A stretch of DNA of 64,000 nt from Lama glama (GCA_028534125.1 CM052818.1:8186001-8250000), one strand, 5' to 3'. Counted from the first letter of the stretch, positions 26,275-39,589 are shown. Numbers and translations are program-made. Notes: generated by a model from the letters alone, not told the origin.

Positions 26275-26913
26275 CTAAAAAATAGAAAAATATTATTTTC
26301 CTTAAGAACAAAAAATAATGTGTTTGAGGAACAAGAAAAAATGAACTGAAATGCCATCAAAATGTTTTCTAAAGGTTTGGAATAATTCCATAACTTATAT
26401 GAATATTTAATAATTAAATTATAGTATTTGTCCTTCTCAAGCTATTAATATATCAGAGATTTAGAAATCACTACCAGACTTTCTGTTCAGTTAATGCTCT
26501 TACCAGCAAGTAGAACTTACTAAATAAAATTACCATGCTCATATCACAGGAGCATGATTAATGTCACTCTTTCATTTAACTATCAAGATTCTACCAAAAG
26601 CTACCTTCTTGTATTTTTTTCTTTCTTCATAAATAATTTGATTATAAATATTGTATATCATTGCTCTTTTTTGAGAAAACTAATAAAAACTACCAACAAT
26701 GCAGCTTAATAACCTTTTTTAAAGGGTTTCTTTTAAAAAGAATCAGTCATTCAGTTTCTTTATAAAATATCAGATTAATAGATTAAGGCATAAAAATGCA
26801 AATGTTCAGTTACTTTTAAACATTTTTGCTCTCTTAAACTATTTCCTATGACTTGTAATTATTATTATGAGATCACTGGCCGAAATTCCAGTTCAGTAGA
26901 GAACTCCCAATTG

Positions 26914-26914
<1 letters not shown>

Positions 26915-26982
<68 letters not shown>
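26915..26982. repeat. Compound tetranucleotide STR (GATA)10(GACA)7
   Basis: Direct reading; perfect units. Confidence 0.97.
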
Positions 26983-26985
<3 letters not shown>

Positions 26986-27584
26986 TTCTATGAACAAAAC
27001 TGATTAAAAAAAGAAATCAAAAACCTAATATGTCTTAAAGGATTATAATGTTTGGGGGGCTTCCTGAATAGTTGTTTAAAAGGTCAATATGAAGAATTCT
27101 TATAAACAGCTCTTACTGGGTTTGGGTCCTGTCCTTTTAACTTAAAAGACTTTATAATTGTTCTGTAAATATCAGTATTTTCTATATATTGTGCAGTGTA
27201 CACAAAGAAGCCGTCAAATGGCTTATCTTGTACTTATCAACTTGTTTCTTTTTATGTCTCCAAAAAGCTGTATTTTTCTTTACAAGAGCAGCTGCTACTT
27301 TGTAAATATTTTAATGGCTTCTGTTAAGTAGAGCTGTCAGTTTAACAAACAATATTATAAAAGATTTTCATTCTTCCATGTGATTGCACATCTTGAAATG
27401 TGTTTTACCCTGAAAATCCTTTGGAGATTTTTAGACTGAAAAGGATATCTACTTTTTAAGGCGCAAGGCCAACACGAGAATAGATTTAAAGAATAATGTA
27501 TAAAATCATCAGAGAAATAGTGCCCTTTATTTCAGAAGACAAACGTAACAGCAGTAAGTTCTCTTAGCTCACTCTTCTTTTGAC

Positions 27585-27815
27585 TCAGGCAGTTTGTTGA
27601 AATGGAACAGAACTGGGTCTGGAGCCAAATATTCAAGGTATGAACCTCTATTCTTTTGCTACTTAGTAAGTATTGGTTTAGAACAAACTAATTAACCTCT
27701 TTAACTCTCAGTTTCTGTATCCACAAATGGGATAATGATACTTGCCTTACAGGGTCATTATGAGCAATAAAGGTAATCTATGTAAAGGGTCTAACTCAAT
27801 AAAGGTAGCAATTTT
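27585..27815 (+). mobile_element. MIR SINE
   Basis: aacctctttaactctcagtttctgtatccacaaatgggataatgata...agggtcattatgag is the MIR core. Confidence 0.75.
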
Positions 27816-27984
27816 TATACTGTCTTACCTACTTATCCACCAGGAACTTCCCAGTGATTCTTTATAGTCTTTGTCCTTTACATTTTTATTCCATCTACCT
27901 TACTTATCTCTCCCCGTGTTTCTTTTTTCATCTGCTTCATGGACTTTAAAGTAAGGAAATATTTTAGAGATGATTTTACTTAGC

Positions 27985-28095
27985 ACTATTATTACATAAA
28001 TAAGGAAATAGATGCTGAGAGAGATTAAATGACCTAAGATCACATAAAGTTAAAGGCAGAGATGAGAACCCTCAAGTCTTAGATTTTGCACTGTT
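27985..28095 (-). mobile_element. MIR fragment
   Basis: taaggaaatagatgctgagagagattaaatgacctaagatcaca is the antisense MIR core. Confidence 0.6.
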
Positions 28096-28265
28096 TTCCT
28101 TCTTGATGTGAAATGTAATTTGATAAGGCAGTTCTATCCTGGGTCTGAAGGAGCACATATAAGAGCAAAACAAAACAAAACAAACAAAAAAAAGTATAAG
28201 AGACAGGAAAAAGAAAAAGATTAAAGAAAAAGGAGTAGGAAGAACTCTTCTCTTTTGTTCTAGTG

Positions 28266-28584
28266 CAGGTCTAAGCAAACTTCTTTTGTAAAGGTTCAGA
28301 CAGTAAATATTTTAGGCTGTGCAGGTCATATGGACTATCCCAACTACTCAGCTCTGATATGGTAGCAGGAAAGCATCCATAGACAATATGTAAGCAAATG
28401 AGTATGACTGTGTTCCAATAAGATTTTATTCGGACTCTGAAATTTAAATATAATTTTCACATGCCTGAAAATATTATTTTTCAGCCACTTTAAAATGTAA
28501 AAGATATTCTTACATCATGTGCCATACAAAACTGTTTGGAAGGCTGGCTGTATTTGGCCTAGGGGCTGTAGTTTGATCACCCTG
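28266..28584. mobile_element. MER58B-like element
   Basis: caggtctaagcaaac...gtaaatattttaggct...ccatagacaatatgtaa...gtagtttgatcaccctg. TSD-like ttctagtg/ttctaaag. Confidence 0.87.
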
Positions 28585-28594
28585 TTCTAAAGCA

Positions 28595-28825
28595 AACCTG
28601 AATGCCTATGGGAGTATAAGCCTGATGATAAATGGAACAGATACTCAGCTTCAGTGTTGTGGACATAACAGGTTATGATGTAGACTAATAAGAATTGGAG
28701 TGTACCTATCCCACTAAAGTGGGCAATAGCCATTCTGGTTCAGCAGATTTCTGCTCGTAAGAAATGGAGGCCAAACTTTACCAAATATTCTAATTTTTCA
28801 AAAAGAAGCCAGAACTCTAGGCTAT
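28595..28825. mobile_element. MER103-like DNA element relic
   Basis: ccaaatattctaatttttcaaaaagaagccagaa resembles the recalled MER103C motif. Confidence 0.45.
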
Positions 28826-28834
28826 CATTTTTTA

Positions 28835-30392
28835 ATTTTTATTCTATTTTTTGTTGAGGTAATACTGATTTACAACATTATATAAGTTTCATATGTATAT
28901 TATATTTCTATTTATGTATACCCTACAACCTGCTTGCCACCAAAAATTTAATTTCCATCTGTTACCATACTGTTAAATCCTCTTTACCCATTTTCCCCTC
29001 TCCCCCATTACCCTTACCTTCTGATCACCAGTAGTCTATTTTCTGTATCTACATAGTTGTTTTTGTTTGGTTTATTCATTCATTTTGGGGTTTGTTTGTA
29101 TATTCTTTTATATTCCACATATGAGTGATATCTTATGGTACTTGTATTTCACTTAATACCCTCAAGGTCCATCCATGTTGTTGCAAATGGCAAGATTACA
29201 TCTTCATGGCTAAGTAGTATCCTATCATGTGTACATATATACCACATCTTCTTTACCTATTTATCCACTGATGGGCACTTATGTTGTTTCTGTATCTTTG
29301 CTATTTGCAATGAGTACATGGGTACATATATATTTTTGGATTAGTGTTTTCATATTCTTTGAATAAATACCCAGTAGAGGGATTAGCCAGATCATATGGT
29401 AGTTCTATTTTAATTTTTTGAGAACCCTCCATACTGTTTGCCATAGTGGCTGCACCAGTTTCCATTCCCACCAGCAGTGTATGAGGTTTTCCTTTACTCC
29501 ACATCCTTGACAACACTTGTTATTTTTTGTCTCTTAGATAATAGCATTCTCACAGGTATGAGGTGACATCTCATTGTAGTTTTGATTTGCATTTCCCTAA
29601 TAATTAGTGATGTTGAATATCTTTTCACATGCCTGTTGGCCGTCCTCTATTCAGGTCCTATTTAGGTCCCCTCCCCATTTTTTAATAGGGTTGTTTGGTT
29701 TTTTTGTTGTTGAGCTGTATGAGTTCTTTATATATGTTGTGTATTAACCCCTTATCGGATATATCATTGGCAAATACTTTCTTCCATTCGATAGGTTGTC
29801 TTTTTGTTTTACTGATGGTTCACTTCACTGTGCAGATTTTTGGTTGGATGGAATCCAATTTGTTTATTGTTTCTTTTGTTTCCCTTGCCTGAGAAGACAT
29901 ATCTAGAAAGATAATGCTAAGCCCAATGTCAAAGAGTGTATTTCCTATGTTTTCTTTAAGGAGGTTTATGGTTTCAGATTGTACATTCAAGTCTTTAACT
30001 CATTTTGAATTAATTTTTGTGTATTGTGTGAAATAGTGGTCTGGTTTCATTTTTGTGCATGAGCCTGTCCAGTTTTCCCACCATTCACTGAAGAGACTTC
30101 TTTCTCCAGTGCATATTTGTTGTTCCTTCATTGTCAATTAATTATGAATAAATATGAGGGTTTACTTCTAGGCTCTCAATTCTGTTCTACTGATCTATGT
30201 ATCTGTTTTTCTACCAATACCATGACCTTTTGATTCCTATGACTTTGTAATATAGTTTGAAATCAGACAGTACGATAGCTCCAACTTGGTTCTTTCCTTT
30301 CAGGATTGTTTTGGCTATCTAAGGTTATTTGTGGTTCCATAAAAATTTTAGAACTTTTTGTTCTACTTATATGAAAATGCCACTAAATTTTT
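28835..30392 (-). mobile_element. 5'-truncated L1 (laurasiatherian L1MA grade) in antisense
   Basis: tccatccatgttgttgcaaatggcaagatt; tgaggtgacatctcattgtagttttgatttgcatttccct; ccccttatcggatatatcattggcaaata. The ORF track gives an ORF2 C-terminal-like peptide on the minus strand. Confidence 0.92.
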
Positions 30393-31102
30393 GACTCATA
30401 TCATAATCCTTTTTTAACAGAACTCCTGGGGCCTTTGGACAGAGGAGATACGCTCAATGAAGCTTTTGTTGGCCTATCTTTAACACCTCAAGGAGAAGAC
30501 ACATTTCTAGATAACCTCCCTCCTTTTTGTTCAATCCATAAACGTATTATTCAACAAAGAACACTGAATGAGTCTTCTGACAAGTAAGCTATGCTGAACT
30601 GAGAAAACTGCTCCATTAAGGAAAAGTACTTAGTATTAAACAGTTTAAATATTCCCTGTTTAAATGCAAAATAATGTCAAAGAAAAACCTGTGATTTTCA
30701 TGGCTAGGATTTTGCAGTAGTTTGGTCATGGAAGAGCAAGCATGATGGAGGCAGAATTGAATATAAATGGAACATTGTCAGAAAGAATGTTATTATTCAA
30801 GGCCAAATGAAATTACTATAATGTACTGAATCTATTTGCATTCTGTTATTAAATTTTATTATTATATTAAAATACTAATTTTTAGAATATTTACTTTGGA
30901 TATTACAATTTTATATGTTCCCACTTATGCAAGCTTGCCATTTGTTTTTGAAATCTGATAAATGATCATTTAATACCTATCCTGCTTGCCACATTGAGTT
31001 ATTGAGAAAATAAAAACATAAGTGTGAAATTAAAAACACTAGACAAAGTAATAGTATTATTTATGATAATTATAATGTTAATTATGATGATGATAATGCT
31101 TT

Positions 31103-31168
31103 TTTTATTGATTTATAATCATTTTACAATGTTGTGTCAAATTCCAGTGTAGAGCACAGTTTTTCAGT
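31103..31168 (-). mobile_element. 66-bp extreme 3' tip of a young camelid L1
   Basis: ttttattgatttataatcattttacaatgttgtgtcaaattccagtgtagagcac is an antisense L1 terminus. Perfect 16-bp TSD atgatgataatgcttt at 31087-31102 and 31169-31184. Confidence 0.88.
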
Positions 31169-31188
31169 ATGATGATAATGCTTTGAAG

Positions 31189-31399
31189 CAAAGGTAAGAA
31201 AATTTTTTGTGGAAAGGGCCAGATATTAGTCATTGTGGGCCATACAGACTATCGCAACTACTCAACTCTGGTGCTGTAATATTAAAGCAGCCATAGACAA
31301 TATATAAATGAATGAGTGTGGCTATGTTACAATAAAACTTTATTTACAAAATTAGGCAGTGGACAGGATTTGGCCCCTGGTCTATACTTTACATGCCTG
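31189..31399. mobile_element. MER58A-like element
   Basis: aaagggccagata...caactactcaactctg...aaagcagccatagacaat...aataaaactttatttacaaaa...ggatttggccc. Confidence 0.88.
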
Positions 31400-31604
31400 C
31401 TCCTGAGGATCACATCTATATGCAATAATGTTGAAGAGGCCACATTTTTCATATGTGTAAGATTTTTCATTTATATAAGATGATACATATGATACATCAA
31501 ATATGTAATGTATTTTATATCTATCAATTTTATATATATACACACACTTATAATACCCTCGAAAAACATGCCTCAAACTATGTAGATTAGTAGTAAATAA
31601 AGGG

Positions 31605-32110
31605 GCAGGATTTCCAGGTACAGCAAAGTTTAGAGGTCAGCACATCTCCTTAGGAAACAACTATAAAAATGGACAAAAACTACCATTTCAGGGCTCAGGA
31701 CATCAAATAGAGGCAAACAACAAATTGAAAAGCATTTTTTCACAAAAATCTGCTGAACTTCGAGTAAGAAAGTGGGAACCTGTGATGTTTTGCGGCTGTT
31801 CCCATACTCCCACCATCCCTAAGGTAGTTTAGCCTTGTAATTCTACTCCAGTAGGACAGGTTGTGGAAATCAACAGCTGACTTGATCTGGAACTTAAGAG
31901 TGGAGGAACCCGACCCAGCAGCACTGTCAATAAAAATAGCAAACTTACTATCAATAAAAGTAACAAACTTGACAGGAAAGGAACAGGGAGTCACAGCTCT
32001 GCTAGCCTGCTAAGGTCAAGTGACAGAAGGGCAGACTAGCCAGAAATTTTAAAAGATATCCCAGAAATGAGAGAACCAAATAAGGGCTAATTAAGTTTTC
32101 TACATACTCC
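31605..32110 (+). mobile_element. Old L1 5'-region fragment
   Basis: ttccaggt...aaacaactataaaaatggacaaaa...ccatttcagggctc resembles L1M 5' UTRs. Confidence 0.45.
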
Positions 32111-32584
32111 AATGGAGTTATATGACCTCTCATTTTTTTACTCTTTTTTGTCCTGCGGGACCTTAAATTTTCCTCTTATGTTTCTTTCCTCCTTCACACC
32201 CAGTTGCCAAAAGATGCCTCTCCACCCATCCAACTCCTCACCCCAGAAGCAATGCATTTAAAAACTGCCCCTTCAAATTGCATGGTACTTTTAAGCTCCT
32301 TTCATATCATCCATACTCTAATCTACAAAATCATGGAGAGGTCATGCATTGGGATTTAGGTTTTTTTCCATTTTATTTACAATTATTTTGATGTCTGTCT
32401 TCAAATTATGCTGAAGATGTGGTTTTCATTTAGTTTCACTTTTCCCATGTGTTTCAATTCTCCCTCCCTTTACTATGTTCTGTGTTGTTTATAGAGGAAG
32501 TACTAGGAGGTAGAAAGGAAGGCAGTCATTATTCTCTTCAGCTACCTGGAAGTCCTACTTCTTTCACTTTGCCAATTTACAGTC

Positions 32585-33810
32585 AGTTCCCATTTCCTCT
32601 TCCAGTCTGAGCCAATCATTGGTCTGCTTTGTCTCCAGAGAAATTTTACATAAATGAAACTAGAAATGTCATATAAATGGAGTTACAACATTTTGTCTTT
32701 TGTGTCAGGTTCCTCTTACTTAGCATTATGTTTTTCAGATCCTAGCTGTTGTATCATGTGGTGTATTCCTTTTTGATTGCTGAATAGATATACCACATTT
32801 TGTTTATCTACTCACCAGCTGATGAATATTTGAATTATTTACATTTTTTGGCTATTATAAATAATATTGCTATAAATATGCACATGTAAGTGTTTGGACA
32901 TTTGTTTTCATTTCCCTTGGGTAGATATCTAGGAGTGGAATTGGGGATCATATTGTTAAAAGTTTGTATTTATCTTCTTAGTTTCAAGAAATTGCCAGAC
33001 TGTTTTTCCAAAGCGACTGTAACATTTTAAATATCTACCAGCTATGTTTGAGGGTTCTAGTTTCTCCATATTCTCACCTATGGTTGGTGTTGTCAGTTTT
33101 TAAAAATTATAACCATTCTACTGGGTGTAGAGTGGTATCTCATTAAGATTTTAATTTACAATTACCTAATGACTAATGATGTTGAGCATTTTTCTTGGAG
33201 GTTATAGTCCTTTTAAAACTGTTTTTTTAGATGTTGAGCATTTTTACATGGTTATTAGCCATTAGTATATCTTCTTTGGTGTAAAATCTATTCAAAATTT
33301 TTGACCTTTTTAAAATTGGGTTTGTCTTATTAATAAATTTCTTTATATAATCGGAATATAAATCCTTTACAGATTATAATTTGCAAATATTTTCTCCCAG
33401 GCTTGCCCTTTCATTTTCCTAATGTGTCTGTTGAAGTACAAAAGTTTCAAACTTTGGTGATGCCCAGTTTAGCTATTTTTATCAATTGTGCTTTTTGTGT
33501 TGTATATAAGAAATCTTTTACTAAACTAAGGACCCCCAAATTTTCTCTTATGTTTTGTTCTAGAAGTTTTAGTTCTTATGTTTAAATCCATTTTGAGTTA
33601 ATTTTCATGTATAATGTGATAAGGGTCTAAGTTCATTATTTTGTACATGGAAATCAAATTTTCCCAGCACCATTTGTTGAAAAGATTCCTTTCCCCCACT
33701 TAATTGCCTCTGTAGTTTTGTCAAAAATCAGTTGACCATAAATGTAAAGGTTTATTTCTGGATTTGCCATTATGTTCCACTGGTCTACATATCTATCCTT
33801 ACACCAACAA
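32585..33810 (-). mobile_element. L1 (L1MB/L1ME1 grade) 3' portion in antisense
   Basis: ttggctattataaataat; ctaggagtggaatt; gtggtatctcatt; ttcccagcaccatttgttgaaaaga. Confidence 0.85.
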
Positions 33811-36237
33811 GTCCCTAGACTTTGCTATACTGAGGTCACTACTAAACCAGAATTTCACAAAATACATCCCAATATCACAAAAATAAATAGGAAAAATATA
33901 AACAGTTCCATACAGTGTTACTTTAAAGAAACAGAAAACAAAAACAAACACATCAATTGTGAAAAATCCCCCGCCATCCCCAGCTCAGAGCAACCAAGAA
34001 GTAGAGGAAAACGGTGCAACACTCCATGCAGAATATACTCAAACAAGCAACCGGGTACATGGAAACTCACTCTGAATTGGAAAGACAAAAATTAAAAGAG
34101 GAGGGAAGAGCAGGAGAGGGAAGGAGGAAAGAAAAGTTCACTGAAGTCAAGAAAGAAAAGGAAGAAAGTGACAATATTATCTGAGAAATGAAAAATAAAT
34201 TCAAGGCACTAAAGTGAGAATAAATTGAAATTAAAATTTAATAAAAGGCACTGAAAATGGCAGAAGACAGGAGACTGAAAAAGAAATAAAGAAGATATTA
34301 AAATGTCAGGGAGAAAAATGGAATGAGAGATAAGGCAAAAAAGCAGCAGCATTTATACAGTTTGACTCCTTGAAGAAGAAAATCAAAACAATATAATAGA
34401 ATTAATATTAAAAACTATAATCCAGGAAAATGTTTCAGAAATAAATTTTTACAAAAAACACTTGGATATACATATTGAAAGATCCTACCTAGTGCCTGAG
34501 AAAAATTATCTTAGAACCATCAGCTCTAAGACATTTCCTAAAACTCTTAAGATTTCAATAATTAATCTAAAAAATCTTCAAGGCCTCCTAGTAAAGAGAT
34601 CAAGTAACTTACTAAAACAACAAATTTAACTAGCATCAACCTTTTCAAAAATAAAATACAAGGCAAGGCAAAAGTGGAGCTGCAATTAAAAAAAAAAATC
34701 TCAGTGAAAGAAAGTGTAAAACAAGGATTTGTATCCACTCATGTTCTCCTTCATGTATCAAAGCTAAAGAGAAACAGTCTCCATGAATCTTTCTTGAGGA
34801 ATGTACTAGAGGAGGAGCTTCATCCAACCATGAGATGACTGGGAAAATTTCAACAAAAAGACTGTGAATGTTTTAATACATGTAAATGTAGATAGGAAAT
34901 ACGAACGGGAGTGTAGGGATATGAGTGTGAAAGATGCATGTACAGATACGTATGTTGTGATTAAATAGAAATGATACAAGTTTTTAAAAATGGGAGGAAA
35001 ACAGAATGAGAGAGAATAGTAAAATAACCTCACTGATTGCTGTACAGGTATAGGTGCAAGTTAAAAGATGCCAATAAACACTGATACATCAGATAATAAA
35101 AAGTTAATTAAGAGACTAAGTGCATTTAAAAAGATATTAGTACAAGATAACCACTAAAACAAAACTACAAACCTTTCTAAATACCATTTTAAAAAATAAA
35201 TTACTGAGCAAAGGACACACATTCAAACCTCAGGAACATAAGCAAATATAACCAAATTTGCATAATTATAAAATATTCAGACTAGAGACCAAGAAAATTA
35301 GTCATATAAATTAAGATAAATGGACTTAACCTCATCTATTAAAAGAATTTTCAATTTGCTCTCAAACAAAGATCCAGCTATATACTATAGAGAGATACAG
35401 TGAAAATAAACTGATTCAGAAAAGTTACAACTAAAGAGACAGGAAAAGTCCTTCAGACAAATAAAAATAAGAAATAGTAGAAATCCTGGTTACAGAGATA
35501 ACGGAGTTCAAGACCAAAAGCATTAAATACTGACAAAGAAATGTTAACGTGCATATTTCACAGAAAAGATAAAACATGAAAAAATCTATGCACCAAATAA
35601 CACAGGACCCACCTCTGTAAAGGAAAACTACAAGAAGTATAAGGAGACACAGACCCTAATAACATAAGGCTTTAACTAATTATTCTTATTACAAAATTGA
35701 TTAAGTTGGCAAAAATAAGTAAGGAGAAAGACTACATAAACAACTTACAGTAAGGTAGATATTTATCAAATTCTACACTCTGATAATAGACAATAAATGT
35801 TCTTCCCAAGAAAGCATCAAATACTGACCCAAAAATGATCATATGTTGGATACCAAACAGACAAGTTCCATAAGAAAGAATCATTACAAACACTCTCTGG
35901 TCACAATGCAATACAACTAGAAACGTTCAACAAGAAACAAAATAATTTTCATCCTAGAAATGTTAAAATTTTTCTATTAAGCAACTCTGGTGAAAGAGGA
36001 AAATAAAGCATGGAATTTCTAAAAAATAATTATAATGAAAACACTACATATTAGAATCTATGGGATTTAAAGTAATGATCAGAGGAAAAGTGATAGCATT
36101 AAACATTTTCATCAGAGAGAATGAAAGAATAAAGTAAACTAATTCCAACTCAAAAATCTTAAGAAATAACAAGAAACTAAAGCAAAATAGGTCAGAAGGA
36201 AGGAAATAATAAAGATAAAGGAAGAAATTAGGCAGAG

Positions 36238-36447
36238 TGGAGGTTGGGAATCCTTCCTAAATGTCTATGGAGTAAATATTTTAGGCCTGTGGGCCATATG
36301 TTCTTTGCTGCAATTACTCTACTCTTTTGTTATAGCACAAAAACAGCTGTTTGCAATACAGAAATGAATGGGCATGAATGTGGTCCAATAAAACTTTATT
36401 TACCAAAACAGGTGACTAGCCCGTAGGCTATAGTTTACCAATCTCTA
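36238..36447. mobile_element. MER58A-like element
   Basis: agtaaatattttaggcctgtgggccat...ccaataaaactttattta. TSD-like aggcagag/aggtagaa. Confidence 0.8.
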
Positions 36448-36772
36448 AGGTAGAAGTTTTAAAACGTGTAGAACTAACCTAGACACCAAATCTGAGTGTT
36501 ACTTTGAAAAAATTAAGAAAACAGATCGAGTTGACTTGATCAAGAAGGAGAAAGCATCAATATACAAAATAAAGAAATGGCAGGAAGAATTAACCATTGT
36601 AACAGATTTTTTTAATTGTAAGAGACTACTTTGCAGATATCTGTGCAAATAATTTGAAAACATTAAAAATGTAGATAATTTCCTAGGCAAATGCAGCTTT
36701 TCAAAAGTGACCACCATCAGATTTAGAAATCTAAAGCACTGTTTTCCATAAAAGAAACAGACAAGATTCTGT

Positions 36773-36887
36773 GAGAGAGGGGTTATAGCTCAGTGGTAGA
36801 GAGCATGCTTAGCATGCCTGAGGTCTTGGGCTCAATCCCCAGTACTTCCATTAAAAAAGAAAAAGAAAAAAGAAAAAGAATATGAAA
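36773..36887 (+). mobile_element. Camelid tRNA-derived SINE (Vic-1 type), short form
   Basis: tatagctcagtggtagagagcatgcttagcatgcctgaggtcttgggctcaatccccagtac plus an A tail. TSD aaaagaaacagacaagattct (36750-36770) / aaaagaaatagacaaggttct (36888-36908). Confidence 0.92.
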
Positions 36888-37473
36888 AAAAGAAATAGAC
36901 AAGGTTCTTAACGAACCACCCTACAAAAAAGCAACAAGCCCAAATGGTTAGGAGAATTCAACCAAGTCTTCACAAATCAGATATTCCCATTGCTCTACAA
37001 TTGTCCCAAATTATTGAAAGTAAAGAAAAACTTTCCATAGTACAGAAGAAAAACTATAAACCAAAATTATTCATAAATATCAAAGTTCATAAAATATTAC
37101 ATAAAATATTAGCAAACAAAATCCAATGTCTAGATCTATCCTGAGAAGACAGGGTTGGTCTGATGTTACCAAATCCATTAATATACATATTAATAGATCT
37201 ACAGTTAATAAAAATCATATGATTATCTCTTTAGATGATAAAAGCCTTTGACAAAACTCAACTCCCATTCCTGGTAAAAACACTCAAGAAAATAGGAATT
37301 AGGGGATACATTCTTAACAAAAGAACATATATACAAATTAGTCCAAATGCCAGTATCTTATTTAGTAAGGGCATTTCCACTAAGATCAGAAACAAGGCAG
37401 AAATGCCCAATATCTCTGGTACTATTCAAAACTGTACCAGAAGTATTAGCCAGTATGAGATAAATCAGTTATA

Positions 37474-37669
37474 CGAAGTGTTGGCAAACTATGGCCCATA
37501 GGCCAAATCCAAACCTGCTGCCTGTTTTTTGTAAACAAAGTTTTATTAGAGCCCAGCCATGCCTATTCATTTATTTATTGCCCATGGCTTAGTAGTTGAG
37601 ACTGTATGTCTCTCAACACCTAAAATATATACTGTCTGGCCCTTTGCAGAAAATGTATGCTGATCCTTG
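37474..37669. mobile_element. MER58A-like element, opposite orientation to the other MER58 copies
   Basis: ttggcaaactatggcccataggccaaatcc...aaagttttatt...cctaaaatatatactgtctggccctttgcagaaaa. Confidence 0.85.
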
Positions 37670-38244
37670 AACTAGAGGCATAAGAACTGGTAAGGAAATA
37701 AAAGTGTATTTGCAACTATATGGCAATATAATTGAAAAGTCCTATGGAATGAATGATAAAATAAAATCAAATATTTTAAAAATTCAGTAAGGAAGAAGAA
37801 TGTAAAACTAACATAGGAATCAATAGCCTTTATATATACAAACAATAAGCAGAGAATGGTAGAGGAAAACCCCATTTATGATATCAACAAAGATTAAACA
37901 CTTAAAAATAAGTTGAACAATAAATATGCAAAACCTATATGAGGGAAACTTTAAAATACTTTGAATGACATAAAAATAGCCTCGAATAAATAGAAAGCTG
38001 TCCTCTTCTTGGATGGGATGACAACATTATAAAGATGCCAGTTCTTTCTAAATTAACTTGTAAATTTAATGTAATCCCAATAAAAATACCAACATACTTT
38101 TATGAAGTTAGACAAGTTGATATCGAAGTTCACATTAAAAATAAGCATATAGAAATATCCATGAAAACACTAAAAAAACCCTATGAAGGGGAGCTAGTCT
38201 ACCAGATATTAAAACATACTAACTATAAAGCCCTATGACACTGT

Positions 38245-38820
38245 CATATTTGTAATTTTAATTCTCTTACGTGATTATTAGATTAATATTTGCTTCTTCA
38301 TTAGCCTATAAACTCCATGAAGGTGGGAATCACCATAATTGTCTTAGTCATAATTTATCCAAACTCTACCACAATGCCTGATGCATAGCTGGCACACAGC
38401 AGGCCCACTGCTCTCTCGGAGTTCTCACTCAGGTGTGTGTGGGAAGGAAAAGGAATGATATAGATAAAACAAGCAAAATACATAAGTAAAAGTCATTAAA
38501 TTAATAGCAAGTAGCAGAAAAAATACAAAGAACTGGTGATCAGAGAAATAATTACTAAGAAGGAATATCTGAGTTAAGACCTGAATGACAATGAGTCATC
38601 TATGTGAAGATGTAGTGAACTGACAGAGCTTTCCAGGGAGAGGAATTGCACATTCCACCCTAAGGTGGAAACAAATTTGGGAGGTTCAAGTGACATAGAG
38701 CCAGTAAGGCTAAACTGTGAAGTTGGATGGAGGATAATAAATTGGTTAGGGCCTCTGTAGGCTATGCTAGAGGGTATGATCTTTGTTCTAATTGCAGTGA
38801 GAAGCCACTATAGGATATCT
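38245..38820. mobile_element. L2 fragments
   Basis: ctataaactccatgaagg...acaatgcctgatgcatag; antisense agacctgaatgac and ttccagggagagg. Confidence 0.6.
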
Positions 38821-38825
38821 GAGTG

Positions 38826-39238
38826 GGTGGTAGACAAAATAATGGCCTCCCAAGCATGTCCACATCCTAATCCCCAGAATTTGTGAATATGTTATATTGC
38901 ATAGCAAAGGGGAATTGAGGTAGCAGATGGAATTAAGATTGCTAATTATCTGACTCTAAAATAGGGAGATTATCCTGGATTATCCAGATGGTCCTAATGT
39001 AATCCTCAAATGCGGAAAAGGCAGGCAGAAGAATCAGTATCAGAGTGACTCACTGTGAGGACTCAACCTGCCATTGTCAGCTTTGAAAATGAAGGAAGGA
39101 GACTAAGAGCCAAGGAAAGCTAGAAGTCAAAAAAGCAAGGAAGCAGATTCTTCTTTCAGAATCTCCAGAAAGGAATTCACCCGGTTTAAGCTACAGAATG
39201 TGTGGTAATTTGTTACAGCAGAAGGGAAAACTAATACT
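38826..39238 (+). mobile_element. MLT1D-type MaLR solo LTR
   Basis: gtggtagacaaaataatggcc...gtccacatcctaatccccagaa...gggagattatcctggattatcc...gtggtaatttgttacagcag. TSD gagtg/aagtg. Confidence 0.9.
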
Positions 39239-39589
39239 AAGTGTTACGATGTCTGCATTTCTAATAGATCACTTCAGGCTGAATTGATAGGGAGAGCTGC
39301 TTTGATATCAGGGAAAGTTTAGATTTGAGGTCTGTTTTTACACTTCACCACCTGAATGCAGCGGCTTAGGGTTAAATTTGAACACCAGAACTGCAGTTTA
39401 GGAAGTTTAGCTACAAAGATACTTAAAATTTTCGTTATAATTTCTCTTTCAATAGACAAAACAAGCTGAGCCAGAGAGAAGAAAAAAGCGAGTCTACAGT
39501 AGTTCGGTACTGTCTCAGCCTCTAGAAGAGAGAGAGGCAGAGAGAACAGGATGGCAACGTGGCTCACAGCCTGGCCTACTCATCAGTAG

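Larger units (their letters stand above)
33830..38240 (+). mobile_element. Ancient L1 (L1ME grade) ORF1-ORF2 remnant with nested insertions
   Basis: Endonuclease motif atctatgcaccaaataac; peptides KAFDKTQLPFLVKTLKKIGIRG and LSKLTCKFNVIPIKIP. Confidence 0.75.
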
